Part shown: positions 28,329 to 36,823 of the stretch, in pieces | Layout: every line of letters begins with the position of its first letter | How positions within the stretch are numbered: position 1 is the stretch's first letter | Source of the DNA: an uncultured Colwellia sp. | GTDB lineage: Bacteria; Pseudomonadota; Gammaproteobacteria; Enterobacterales; Alteromonadaceae | DNA length: 64,000 nucleotides | Direction: 5' to 3' | Assembly: GCA_913058405.1 (NCBI GenBank) | Contig: CAJXRC010000002.1 | Location: 2,932 to 66,931, forward strand | The notes under the pieces: generated by a model | The model's database searches: none | Told to the model about the DNA's origin: nothing | Seen by the model: only the letters and a program-made list of their open reading frames with translations | Program-made: the position numbers and the translations under genes

Positions 28329-31160
28329 TTAGTTGAGTTGGCAGCGTTCTGCTTTGCCAGCTTTAGTTACTATTTTTTGAAAGTCAGTGTTACTGCACAG
28401 GGGATCAAACCATGGTAAATTAAACCAAATAATGCCAAAACCAGCCGATAAGGCTTCTTCTATTTGGTTATTTGCTGATATCTGCTCACCTAATTGGCTG
28501 TATATTAATGCAGCAATAAAAGCAGCTTCTCCGCTTTCGGGAGCTAATTTTTTTGCTTGGTTGATAGCTTTAATCGCTTTCCTATGCTGCCCTGAATGCA
28601 CGTAAGCTTGAGCAATGATTAATAGTGCTTCGAGATCTTGTTGTTGGTGAGACAGTTGGATGACCTGTTGATATAAGGGAGTAGATTGTTCTGTCATGCC
28701 TAAGATCAGTTTGATATCCGCTAAATTTAACAATCTTGTTGGGTGCTTAGGGCTATTTTTTACTGCCAATTGGGCCATTCTTAAGGCATCTTGATAACGA
28801 CCAGCAAGGGTATAGGCCAAACCTAAATTATCTATATCACTGCTTTGCGGGTTTATTTTGATGATCGCTTCATACATTTCTATAGCAGATGTTAGTTCCC
28901 CTTCAGATAAATAAATATCAGCTAATAATTGTTTGGCATCATAATCTTGGGGTATGGTATGGAGCAATATATCAAGAGTGTTTTTGGCATTGCTAAAATC
29001 ACTTAGCCAGTAGTAACTTAGTGCTAAATTGTACAGTAATTTGGTGCTAGGTCGTAGCATTTGTGCCGATTGGTAGTTTGAGATCGCTTGCGACAATTCA
29101 TTGTTGTCCATATGCAAGGCTGCTTGCAATTCTAGCCGAACAGATTCACCGATTCCTCGTTGGATAGCAATGTCTAATTGTTTTCTCGCTTGATCAAAGT
29201 CTCTTAAATCGAGCGAAATAAAAAAGATATCGATAGCTTGAAAAACACTGTATTTATAGTCTGGTGGAGCTAGCGATAATACTTTTTTTGCTTTTTTTAC
29301 ATATTTTATCTCGTTAGTTTTATGGTATAAAGCTCTAGCTGTTTCTCTGTATAAGGCATAAGCACTATATAAATAGGGTGAGTTGGTGAGTATATTTTGC
29401 AATTTCTCTAATGTACTGTCGTCACTGCGCCCCTCTAATAGAACACTATTATAAAGCGTGGCAAAAGCTAGGTAATCTTGTTGTTTAACTGACTGTTCGG
29501 TTAAATACTTTTCATTATACTGTGGATATATGCCAGCAAGATATGATTGGGTAATTTCTTTGATATCATAATAGTTCTCTATTTGACTCGGCCATTTTTT
29601 CTGTGCCAAGACGGTCCACTTGTCAGTATTACTGTTATCGTTACTATTACTTACAGTGAGACGTGACAAGGTGACGTCACACTTAACATTATTACAGCTA
29701 AGCTGGGTGGTGATTATGTCACTTGCCCCTGTTGCCGCCGCAATGTCCGCAAGGGAGACAGTTTCACCCGCTGAGTTTTTACTGACTCCAGCAACTTCTC
29801 GACGAGAAATTAATCTCAGGCCTTTAGTATTAATAATGCTCTGGCGAATAGCATCATCTAGTGTCGCAGTGACTAAGTCCTTTTGCATACCAGCAATGGG
29901 GTTTTCAGCATTACTATTCGTGATAGTTGCGGGCAACACCACGATATAACGTGCTGGCAAGTCGTCTGGAGCAAATAAGGTTTCCCTATAAATCCCCACG
30001 CCAACTAACAAGCTTACTAGCAAAGCAAACCCTGCAAAAATAAACCGTCTGCTTTTATGTTTATTAATCGCTACGTTATCTGTGGATGTTTGGCTAGTAG
30101 TTAGCTGATTAGCAGCTAGTTCACTAGTCGATAATGCACTGTTTGATAACTCATTGGCAATCAGTGCAGCAGCAAACTCAGTTGATAGTTCGGCAGTGAT
30201 AGGCTGAGTATCTTCAGCCAGTATTTCTTGCTGGGTAAGATGCTTAGTGAGTTGTTCAAATTGCTGTGTAACCCACTGGCTAGATTGCGGACGACCTTCT
30301 GGTTGATGGGATAATAGTTTATTCAGTAAATTGATTAACTCTCGCGGTAACTGCGGCACTATGTCTTGTGCTTGTTGGCACTGTGCATTGAGAATGTTTT
30401 GCGCTGTCTGCGTTGCGGTTTCACCAGCAAAGGGATGACGGCCGCTAATTAACTGAAAAGCGATAATACCTAAAGAAAATAAATCACTTCTAAAATCAAT
30501 GGCATTGTTTGTTTGGCCGTCTACAAAAGTTGCATTGGCATTGGTGCTAGGTAGAGCTTGGTATAGCTGCTCTGGCGACATTGCTGTTTGACTGCCAAAA
30601 CTTTGCGAGTTATTTGCGGTTTTGGCATTTCCACTGGTCAATTTGGCAATGCCAAAATCGACAATTTTAACGCCGCCATTACCATCAATGATGATGTTGC
30701 TTGGTTTTAAATCACAGTGCACTATGCCCTGAGCATGTGCTGCGGTTAAACCCTTACTAATTTGGCTGATAATGGCAAGTTTCTGTGAAAGCGAGCTAAC
30801 GTTCTCTTGCTGATAATGATGTAGCGTTTTGCCGGCAAGGTATTCCATCACTAGGCATATTTGCTCATCTTCTTGAGTAATATCGAAGATTTGCACAATA
30901 TTGGCGTGATTTAGCTTAGCTAATAACTGTGCTTCTAGTAGTGCGTTTTCTATTAGGTTAGCATCGCAGTCATCAGTACTAGCATTATTATTTGGCGCTG
31001 AGTGCGTTGTGGCAAATGCAGGCTTGAGAGTTTTAATGGCCACTGTGCGGTGTAAGCGCTGATCTTCGGCCAAATAAATTTGTCCCATGCCACCTTGGTT
31101 GAGTAGCTTGATAATTTTGTAATGACTGAGGTGAGTGCCAAGTGGGCTTAAGTCTGACAA
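28329..31160 (-). CDS. Membrane Hanks-type Ser/Thr kinase with extracytoplasmic TolB-N-like domain and TPRs
   Basis: QGGMGQIY, VAIK, HCDLKPSN, DFG, MSPEQ, SDLFSLG; TM helix FIFAGFALLVSLLVGVGIY; many TPRs after it. The TTG start is 1 nt from the upstream stop. Confidence 0.93.
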   Translation of the reverse strand: MSDLSPLGTHLSHYKIIKLLNQGGMGQIYLAEDQRLHRTVAIKTLKPAFATTHSAPNNNASTDDCDANLIENALLEAQLLAKLNHANIVQIFDITQEDEQICLVMEYLAGKTLHHYQQENVSSLSQKLAIISQISKGLTAAHAQGIVHCDLKPSNIIIDGNGGVKIVDFGIAKLTSGNAKTANNSQSFGSQTAMSPEQLYQALPSTNANATFVDGQTNNAIDFRSDLFSLGIIAFQLISGRHPFAGETATQTAQNILNAQCQQAQDIVPQLPRELINLLNKLLSHQPEGRPQSSQWVTQQFEQLTKHLTQQEILAEDTQPITAELSTEFAAALIANELSNSALSTSELAANQLTTSQTSTDNVAINKHKSRRFIFAGFALLVSLLVGVGIYRETLFAPDDLPARYIVVLPATITNSNAENPIAGMQKDLVTATLDDAIRQSIINTKGLRLISRREVAGVSKNSAGETVSLADIAAATGASDIITTQLSCNNVKCDVTLSRLTVSNSNDNSNTDKWTVLAQKKWPSQIENYYDIKEITQSYLAGIYPQYNEKYLTEQSVKQQDYLAFATLYNSVLLEGRSDDSTLEKLQNILTNSPYLYSAYALYRETARALYHKTNEIKYVKKAKKVLSLAPPDYKYSVFQAIDIFFISLDLRDFDQARKQLDIAIQRGIGESVRLELQAALHMDNNELSQAISNYQSAQMLRPSTKLLYNLALSYYWLSDFSNAKNTLDILLHTIPQDYDAKQLLADIYLSEGELTSAIEMYEAIIKINPQSSDIDNLGLAYTLAGRYQDALRMAQLAVKNSPKHPTRLLNLADIKLILGMTEQSTPLYQQVIQLSHQQQDLEALLIIAQAYVHSGQHRKAIKAINQAKKLAPESGEAAFIAALIYSQLGEQISANNQIEEALSAGFGIIWFNLPWFDPLCSNTDFQKIVTKAGKAERCQLN

Positions 31161-31161
31161 A

Positions 31162-32202
31162 TTAGCTGACTACTTTGTTAGCGGACGCAATTGATGCTTG
31201 CACAAGAGAACCTGAACCTGGAGACAGTGAACATTCAAGTTTTTGACCTTTATAAATTTTAAAAGTTGGACAACCAAAACGTACTCGGCGTAATTGGCGC
31301 TCAATTAAATCTTCAGCGTTAATTACATTCGTTAATAATTCAGTGAACTGTTTTCGGCTACGATGAATTTGAATATTTAGGTATGACATATCAACCCCTA
31401 AATCTCTCAGTAAACAGTCAGTGTTTATCCAGCCTTGTTCAGCAATGGGCAAGTCTTTCTCGGCATCAGCGACTCTGTATCTTGCTAAGTTCAAGGTTAA
31501 ATAGTGATGACTGCGACTCTGCAGGTCAATACTGCCTTGTGCCGACTTTACCGTTAGCTTGGTAATTTCTTCATCTAAGCTGAGTTCAAAAAGACATTGA
31601 ATGTCGTCAATGTTGAGTTGAGGTTTTGCTTGAATTTCTGTGCTGTCTGCTAAATGACTTAATTGAAATTGCCAGCGTTGGTTGTCAAACTCAACAATAT
31701 CATGCTCAAGTAACGACCGCGGTTGTAACTGAGGTTCGTTAATATATTCGATACGCCATTGGCCTGTTACTTGATTCAAAATCAAGGCTATTTCGGGTTC
31801 ACTTTCATTGGGTAATAAATGATAAGGCTGTAATGATATAGCTTCTTTAGGGTCACCGCACTGCTCTTGGTTACTATCAGGATAAGGGATCAATTTAACG
31901 CTAGGCGGGTTTAACTCGCCGACAGTGAACACTATATCTTCGTCATTGGAGAAACGAATCTCGTCACCCACTTTTAGTGATTTTGGTTGTTGTTTAGTGA
32001 GTTTTTTTTTATTCAACCAGGTGCCATTACTGCTTAAATCACGAATAAACCATTGTTGGTTATGCCATTCAATAACTGCATGCATTTTAGAAACACGGGG
32101 ATTGGTAATAAGGGTGTCTACTGAATAAGCGAAACGACCAAAGTTATGATAAGCATATAAATAACATCGTGTTTGCGACTGATGATTGAATAAATAAGCC
32201 AT
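31162..32202 (-). CDS. FHA-domain protein with probable C-terminal winged-helix DNA-binding domain
   Basis: FHA motifs FGR, VSKMHA, DLSSNGTWLN and L..GDEI.F. The C-terminus LNLAR...GW....LLRDL.....LNIQIHRSRKQF...LIER...VRF resembles an OmpR-type wHTH. Confidence 0.85.
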   Translation of the reverse strand: MAYLFNHQSQTRCYLYAYHNFGRFAYSVDTLITNPRVSKMHAVIEWHNQQWFIRDLSSNGTWLNKKKLTKQQPKSLKVGDEIRFSNDEDIVFTVGELNPPSVKLIPYPDSNQEQCGDPKEAISLQPYHLLPNESEPEIALILNQVTGQWRIEYINEPQLQPRSLLEHDIVEFDNQRWQFQLSHLADSTEIQAKPQLNIDDIQCLFELSLDEEITKLTVKSAQGSIDLQSRSHHYLTLNLARYRVADAEKDLPIAEQGWINTDCLLRDLGVDMSYLNIQIHRSRKQFTELLTNVINAEDLIERQLRRVRFGCPTFKIYKGQKLECSLSPGSGSLVQASIASANKVVS

Positions 32203-32330
32203 AGTAAAACCTAACTAAGCAAAACTGAAAGTGAATTTTTATAGGGGAAAAAATAGAGTAGCGTTTATTAGTACTAGTGTCCAGTCGTTTACCCCTTAGT
32301 TAACTCATTAACATCGCTGGTTTTTATCTA

Positions 32331-32352
32331 GCTGTAATAAGATGTAATATTT
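32331..32352 (-). promoter_or_regulatory. ATTACA-N4-ATTACA direct-repeat operator upstream of the FHA-kinase operon
   Basis: The minus strand reads AAATATTACATCTTATTACAGC, 21/22 identical to 27657-27678. Confidence 0.7.
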
Positions 32353-32411
32353 TTATTCTGATAACTCGTTATGCTTGGACTAATACAAAGATACTTATTT
32401 TTATATAGCTA

Positions 32412-32459
32412 ATACCATTCCGTATAAAGAAGTGAGCACTTTCTTATACGGATTGGTAT
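32412..32459. repeat. Collapsed MITE (only the two termini, forming a hairpin)
   Basis: ATACCATTCCGTATAAAGAAGTG-AG-CACTTTCTTATACGGATTGGTAT. The termini resemble the ATGCCAAT ends of the 1910 element. Confidence 0.6.
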
Positions 32460-32476
32460 AACACATCGATGGCATC

Positions 32477-33397
32477 ATGATAAAAAAATTTAAAAGTAAC
32501 TACCAACTCTTAAACTTCAACAGCACCCACCCACTATGGTTAAACGCCATACTTAAAACGGATGCTATTGAGCGTGTTAGCTATACTTTACTCTGTCGTT
32601 TGCAAACGACGGTTGAGCCAGAACTATTATTCTCTATTTTCTATCAAGAAGTTAGCCAGTATTTGCCTATTTCTAATGTTCGGTTCGTAGCAAGTAACCT
32701 TGAATTAAATATTCTAGAGCACGATCACGGTGGTTATTGCATTAGTCAGAGGTTGGCGATTAAAGATAAGACCCTAGGCTGTTTTAAATGTTATTTCACA
32801 GATAAGCCGACATTAGCCCAAGTACAGTTGCTGAAAAAGCTGGTGAAAATACTGTCTTATCCTTTGAATAACGCCATAAAATATCAGCAACTAAAGCATA
32901 TGGCGCTAACGGATAATTTAACTGGTTTAGCAAATCGCAACCAGTTTGAAACGACCTATCAAGGTTTGGTAAGTAATAATAAAGAAAAACAAACCTGCTT
33001 TTCTTTGTTAGTAATAGACCTTGATGGCTTTAAAAAAGTGAATGATCAATTTGGTCATCAAACGGGAGATCTCGTCCTTTGCAGCTTTGCTAAAATATTA
33101 TTAGCGTGTTGTCGTGAACAAGATAAAGTTTTTCGCTTTGGTGGTGATGAGTTTACTATTTTACTGAATGACACTAGCGTTGAATCCGTGCCGAGAATAG
33201 CACTACGCATAGCAAAGCTAATGGATACATGTAAGTTCTTAGCAAAATTCGGCCTGTCTTGTAGCATAGGCAGTGCGCTATACCATCGATATGATGAATC
33301 TAAGCAACTTTATGGCCGAGCAGATGAAGCATTGTATCGAGCAAAAGGAAAAGGTAAAAATTGTTTGGAAATGTCGCCTTGTAGCCAAGTGATTTAA
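32477..33397 (+). CDS. Diguanylate cyclase (GGDEF)
   Basis: TDNLTGLANR, DLDGFKKVNDQFGH, REQD (RxxD I-site), RFGGDEF, ADEALY.AK..GKN. Confidence 0.93.
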   Translation: MIKKFKSNYQLLNFNSTHPLWLNAILKTDAIERVSYTLLCRLQTTVEPELLFSIFYQEVSQYLPISNVRFVASNLELNILEHDHGGYCISQRLAIKDKTLGCFKCYFTDKPTLAQVQLLKKLVKILSYPLNNAIKYQQLKHMALTDNLTGLANRNQFETTYQGLVSNNKEKQTCFSLLVIDLDGFKKVNDQFGHQTGDLVLCSFAKILLACCREQDKVFRFGGDEFTILLNDTSVESVPRIALRIAKLMDTCKFLAKFGLSCSIGSALYHRYDESKQLYGRADEALYRAKGKGKNCLEMSPCSQVI

Positions 33398-33487
33398 AAT
33401 AAAGTTGGCTCAACCTCTCCATTTTTTGCACAACTGAAAGCACCCTTTATTGTGCTTGAATAAAAAACTCCTCAATAAAACGCAAAC

Positions 33488-33506
33488 GCTAATGATTTGC
33501 ATTATC
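33488..33506 (+). promoter_or_regulatory. Fur box
   Basis: GCTAATGATTTGCATTATC matches GATAATGATAATCATTATC at 15/19, upstream of a PepSY-TM iron-uptake-type operon. Confidence 0.75.
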
Positions 33507-33572
33507 GCCTGTAGTATTATACTGCTCTAATTTAATGCCTGTACTGCCAATGCATTATGCTCTTGATATATT

Positions 33573-33959
33573 TTGCCCTATTCACTGAAAAGGCTAAGTA
33601 CAAGTGGCAATGTAGAGCCAGTTGATATGGAATATTTAGTGTCTTATTTTATTAATTTTTTTAACATGCCTAGCCCTCGCTGGGCTGTATTTTCTCGCAT
33701 ATTAGCAGCCACCTTGGGCGGCTATGCATTAGCAACATCGAGTGCACTTTTTATCGGCCAATTACTCTTTAGTAGTGCTGGGAAATATCAAGCTATTCAT
33801 ATCGGATTATTGCTCTCCTTTCTTGTGTATGCCTGCGCGGCTATGTGGGTATTTTCGGTATCCAATGCCACTAAGGCGTGGATAGGTCTAATAAAGTGGA
33901 ATCTTGTCTTTTTACTCTGTACTTGGTTATTAATGCAATTTTCGGGTGCGAGTAACTAA
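33573..33959 (+). CDS. DUF3649-like small membrane protein (true start probably downstream)
   Basis: SRILAATLGGYAL and LLSFLVYACAAMWVF; coupled to the PepSY-TM gene. Confidence 0.75.
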   Translation: MPYSLKRLSTSGNVEPVDMEYLVSYFINFFNMPSPRWAVFSRILAATLGGYALATSSALFIGQLLFSSAGKYQAIHIGLLLSFLVYACAAMWVFSVSNATKAWIGLIKWNLVFLLCTWLLMQFSGASN

Positions 33960-35590
33960 TGAAAGATAACTTTAGACAATCAATGAAGTGGTTTCATACT
34001 TGGGTCGGCCTGAGTGTTGGCTGGATTTTGTTTTTCATGTTTTTAACTGGAACACTTGGTTATTTTTATCAAGAAATAACCCGTTGGATGGAACCAGAGC
34101 GACCTTTCATTGAACATAATATTAGCACTGAAAAATTAATTACTATTGCCCAAACGTACTTGCACAAAAATGCTCAGGGTGTTGATGAATGGGATATTAA
34201 TTTACCGACTGTTCGCAATCAAAATTTGCGTGTGGGCTGGCGTAATCCGCCAGAAGCGGGGAAGAAACGTGGCCGGTATAAGACAACAGTGTTAGATATA
34301 ACTACAGGCGAAAAAGTCGAAAGCAGAGCCACAGGTGGTGGTAGGCTGCTTTATAGAATGCATTATCGTTTGCATTATTTATCGACTAAAATTAGCTATT
34401 GGATTGTTGGCTTTTGTTCCATGCTGATGCTGTTAGCCGTTATCACCGGCGTTGTTATCCATAAGAAAATATTCACTGATTTTTTTACCTTTAGAGCAAA
34501 AAAAGGTTTGATTGGCTGGTTAGATATTCACAATGTACTAAGTGTTATTGCTTTACCATTTCACTTTATGATCACCTACAGTGGTTTACTTTTTTTCCTT
34601 TTTACTTACATGGCGCTCAGTACTAATCTGCAAACCAATGAAGATGAATATAGGGAAATGCGTAAAGAGATATACCCTCGAACTATTCATGCAGATAGTG
34701 TGAATCAACCAACAGAAATGCAAGAGTTTTCATCGTTATACCAACAAGCAAAAAACAGGTGGAAAAATGATGAACTCAGCGCGATTGAAGTATTTGCTGC
34801 AAACGATATAAATGCCCAAGTACTTTTTATTCGTCATGAAACTGATATCACTTATAACCCCAATGACCAAGTAATGGTTAACGCAATTACCGGTAAAATC
34901 ATCCAACAAACACCGAGAGAGTATACTGCCGCCGGTATGATTCATAATGGTTTTTACTCGTTGCATGAGGGACAATTTGCGGGACCACTAGCCCGTTGGA
35001 TTTACTTTTTAACCGGTCTTATTGGCACGGCAATGATTGCTTCAGGTTTAATTCTTTGGACCACTAAACGTAAACCGAAACAACTGAAAAAACCGAACGG
35101 CCCCGATTTTGGTTACCGACTAGTTGAGCAACTTAATATTGGAACTATTGTTGGTTTACCTATCGCTATCGCTATGTATTTTTATGCTAATAGGTTATTA
35201 CCTGTCGCTATAGTTGATCGAGCCGATTGGGAAGCGAATGTGATGTTTATTAGTTGGGCACTATTATTAATTTATCCCGCGTTTCGTCCAGCTACTAAAG
35301 CATGGCGTGAGCAGCTTCAACTGGCAGCACTAGTTTATATGGCGCTACCCTTGATAAATGCATTAACTACAGATAAACACCTAGTTAATAGTTTGCAACA
35401 ACAGGATTGGGGCCTTGCTGCTTTTGATCTGACATTCTTCACCATTGGCTGTTGTTTTGCTTTTTCGGCCTATAAATACAAAACACTGCAGCCTGAAAAA
35501 GCAGTGAGTAGAAAAGCAACTCGACCTGACAGTACATTAGATAATGAAAATCGACTGCAGTTGTCGAGAGTTCGCAAGGAGAATGGTTGA
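33959..35590 (+). CDS. PepSY-associated TM helix protein (iron-regulated, putative ferrisiderophore reductase family)
   Basis: FRQSMKWFHTWVG, EITRWMEPE, YRMHY.LH, DIHNV, LPFH, LHEG.F; conserved His residues. Confidence 0.9.
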   Translation: MKDNFRQSMKWFHTWVGLSVGWILFFMFLTGTLGYFYQEITRWMEPERPFIEHNISTEKLITIAQTYLHKNAQGVDEWDINLPTVRNQNLRVGWRNPPEAGKKRGRYKTTVLDITTGEKVESRATGGGRLLYRMHYRLHYLSTKISYWIVGFCSMLMLLAVITGVVIHKKIFTDFFTFRAKKGLIGWLDIHNVLSVIALPFHFMITYSGLLFFLFTYMALSTNLQTNEDEYREMRKEIYPRTIHADSVNQPTEMQEFSSLYQQAKNRWKNDELSAIEVFAANDINAQVLFIRHETDITYNPNDQVMVNAITGKIIQQTPREYTAAGMIHNGFYSLHEGQFAGPLARWIYFLTGLIGTAMIASGLILWTTKRKPKQLKKPNGPDFGYRLVEQLNIGTIVGLPIAIAMYFYANRLLPVAIVDRADWEANVMFISWALLLIYPAFRPATKAWREQLQLAALVYMALPLINALTTDKHLVNSLQQQDWGLAAFDLTFFTIGCCFAFSAYKYKTLQPEKAVSRKATRPDSTLDNENRLQLSRVRKENG

Positions 35591-35913
35591 TGGTCTTATT
35601 AACCAGCCTCAGCTTTTTAGCTATGGTGCTTTTTTGCTTGGCAATGGACAAACATCAAAAACAAGTCTTAGTGCAAAAAATGCCTAAGGTCGCGACATCA
35701 CTTTTCAGACTTTTAGCTTGGCTGGTGTTATTTCTTACGGCCTATTTAAGCGTGACGTTATTTGGCTGGTCTATTGGTCCGGCATTTTTATTCGGTGCAC
35801 TCACTATGGCAACGTTATTACTGATAATGGTACTGACTTATCGCGCGAAAATAATACCGCAACTTGCACTTGCCTCGTTATTAATTGCTGGCGTAAGTGT
35901 ATTAAGTCACTAG
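35587..35913 (+). CDS. DUF3325-like small membrane protein
   Basis: LAMDKH, GWSIG...GALT, LTYR; typical third gene of this operon. Confidence 0.8.
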   Translation: MMVLLTSLSFLAMVLFCLAMDKHQKQVLVQKMPKVATSLFRLLAWLVLFLTAYLSVTLFGWSIGPAFLFGALTMATLLLIMVLTYRAKIIPQLALASLLIAGVSVLSH

Positions 35914-36006
35914 TTGCTGGTATTGATGTATTGCTTATTACCAAGTACTTGCTTACAGTCTTTGCCTCACAATTGTACCGTTATTAGTAACATGTAAGGA
36001 AGTATC

Positions 36007-36765
36007 TTGGAGTTTGCAGGCTTAACTATTGAAATAGCGTTATTTTTATTTACCATTGCCATTATCGCGGGCTTTCTTGATACCTTAGCGGGCGGGGGCG
36101 GTTTATTAACGCTTCCTGCACTGATGATGAGTGGTATACCACCACTGGTAGCGCTGGGTACCAATAAGTTGCAATCTTGCGTGGGAGCTGGGACGGCCAG
36201 TGTGATGATGTTACGTAATAAGCGAGTAAGGTGGCATCAGATAAAAGAGTTAATGCCAGCTGCCTTTATCGGCTCTGCTATTGGTACTGTCATTGTTCAA
36301 TTCGTTAATACCGAAGCGTTGACGTTTATCATTCCTGTAGTCATTAGTGTTATTGGTATCTATTTCTTGGTCACACCCACTGTTGATGCAGAGAATAAAC
36401 CTGCGAAAGTATCGTCATTAGGTTATCGAAATTTTGTCGTGCCTTTGATCGGTTGTTATGACGGGATTTTGGGACCAGGCACAGGATCTTTTTTCACTTT
36501 AGCTGGCCGTGCATTGCGGGGGCAGAAATTTCTTGAAGCGACTGCGATAGCTAAAACACTGAATTTTTCCACCAATATTGCCTCGTTGATTGTGTTTTTA
36601 TTTGCTGGGCAGGTCATTTGGTTGGTAGGCTTTACCATGATGTTTGGCCAACTTATTGGTGCTTGGTTAGGCTCCCATTGTCTCTTTAAAATTCCGATAA
36701 ATTATTTAAGATATTTAGTGGTTATCATGTGCTTTGGCATGTTGGCTAAATACGTGATGACTTAG
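36007..36765 (+). CDS. TauE/SafE (TSUP, YfcA-like) membrane transporter
   Basis: AGFLDTLAGGGGLL, ALGTNKLQ, YDG..GPGTGSF, AKTLNF.TN. Confidence 0.92.
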   Translation: MEFAGLTIEIALFLFTIAIIAGFLDTLAGGGGLLTLPALMMSGIPPLVALGTNKLQSCVGAGTASVMMLRNKRVRWHQIKELMPAAFIGSAIGTVIVQFVNTEALTFIIPVVISVIGIYFLVTPTVDAENKPAKVSSLGYRNFVVPLIGCYDGILGPGTGSFFTLAGRALRGQKFLEATAIAKTLNFSTNIASLIVFLFAGQVIWLVGFTMMFGQLIGAWLGSHCLFKIPINYLRYLVVIMCFGMLAKYVMT

Positions 36766-36823
36766 TTGTTCTGATATTTTAAGCGTAAACAAGCTCCGTA
36801 ATATGTCAGGCTTTTTATGTTTG

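Noticed and set aside
27657..32352. Reading the two 22-bp inverted copies as transposon ends
   Set aside because: There is no transposase or target-site duplication, and the internal direct repeat and promoter position fit a transcription-factor site better. Kept only as an alternative.
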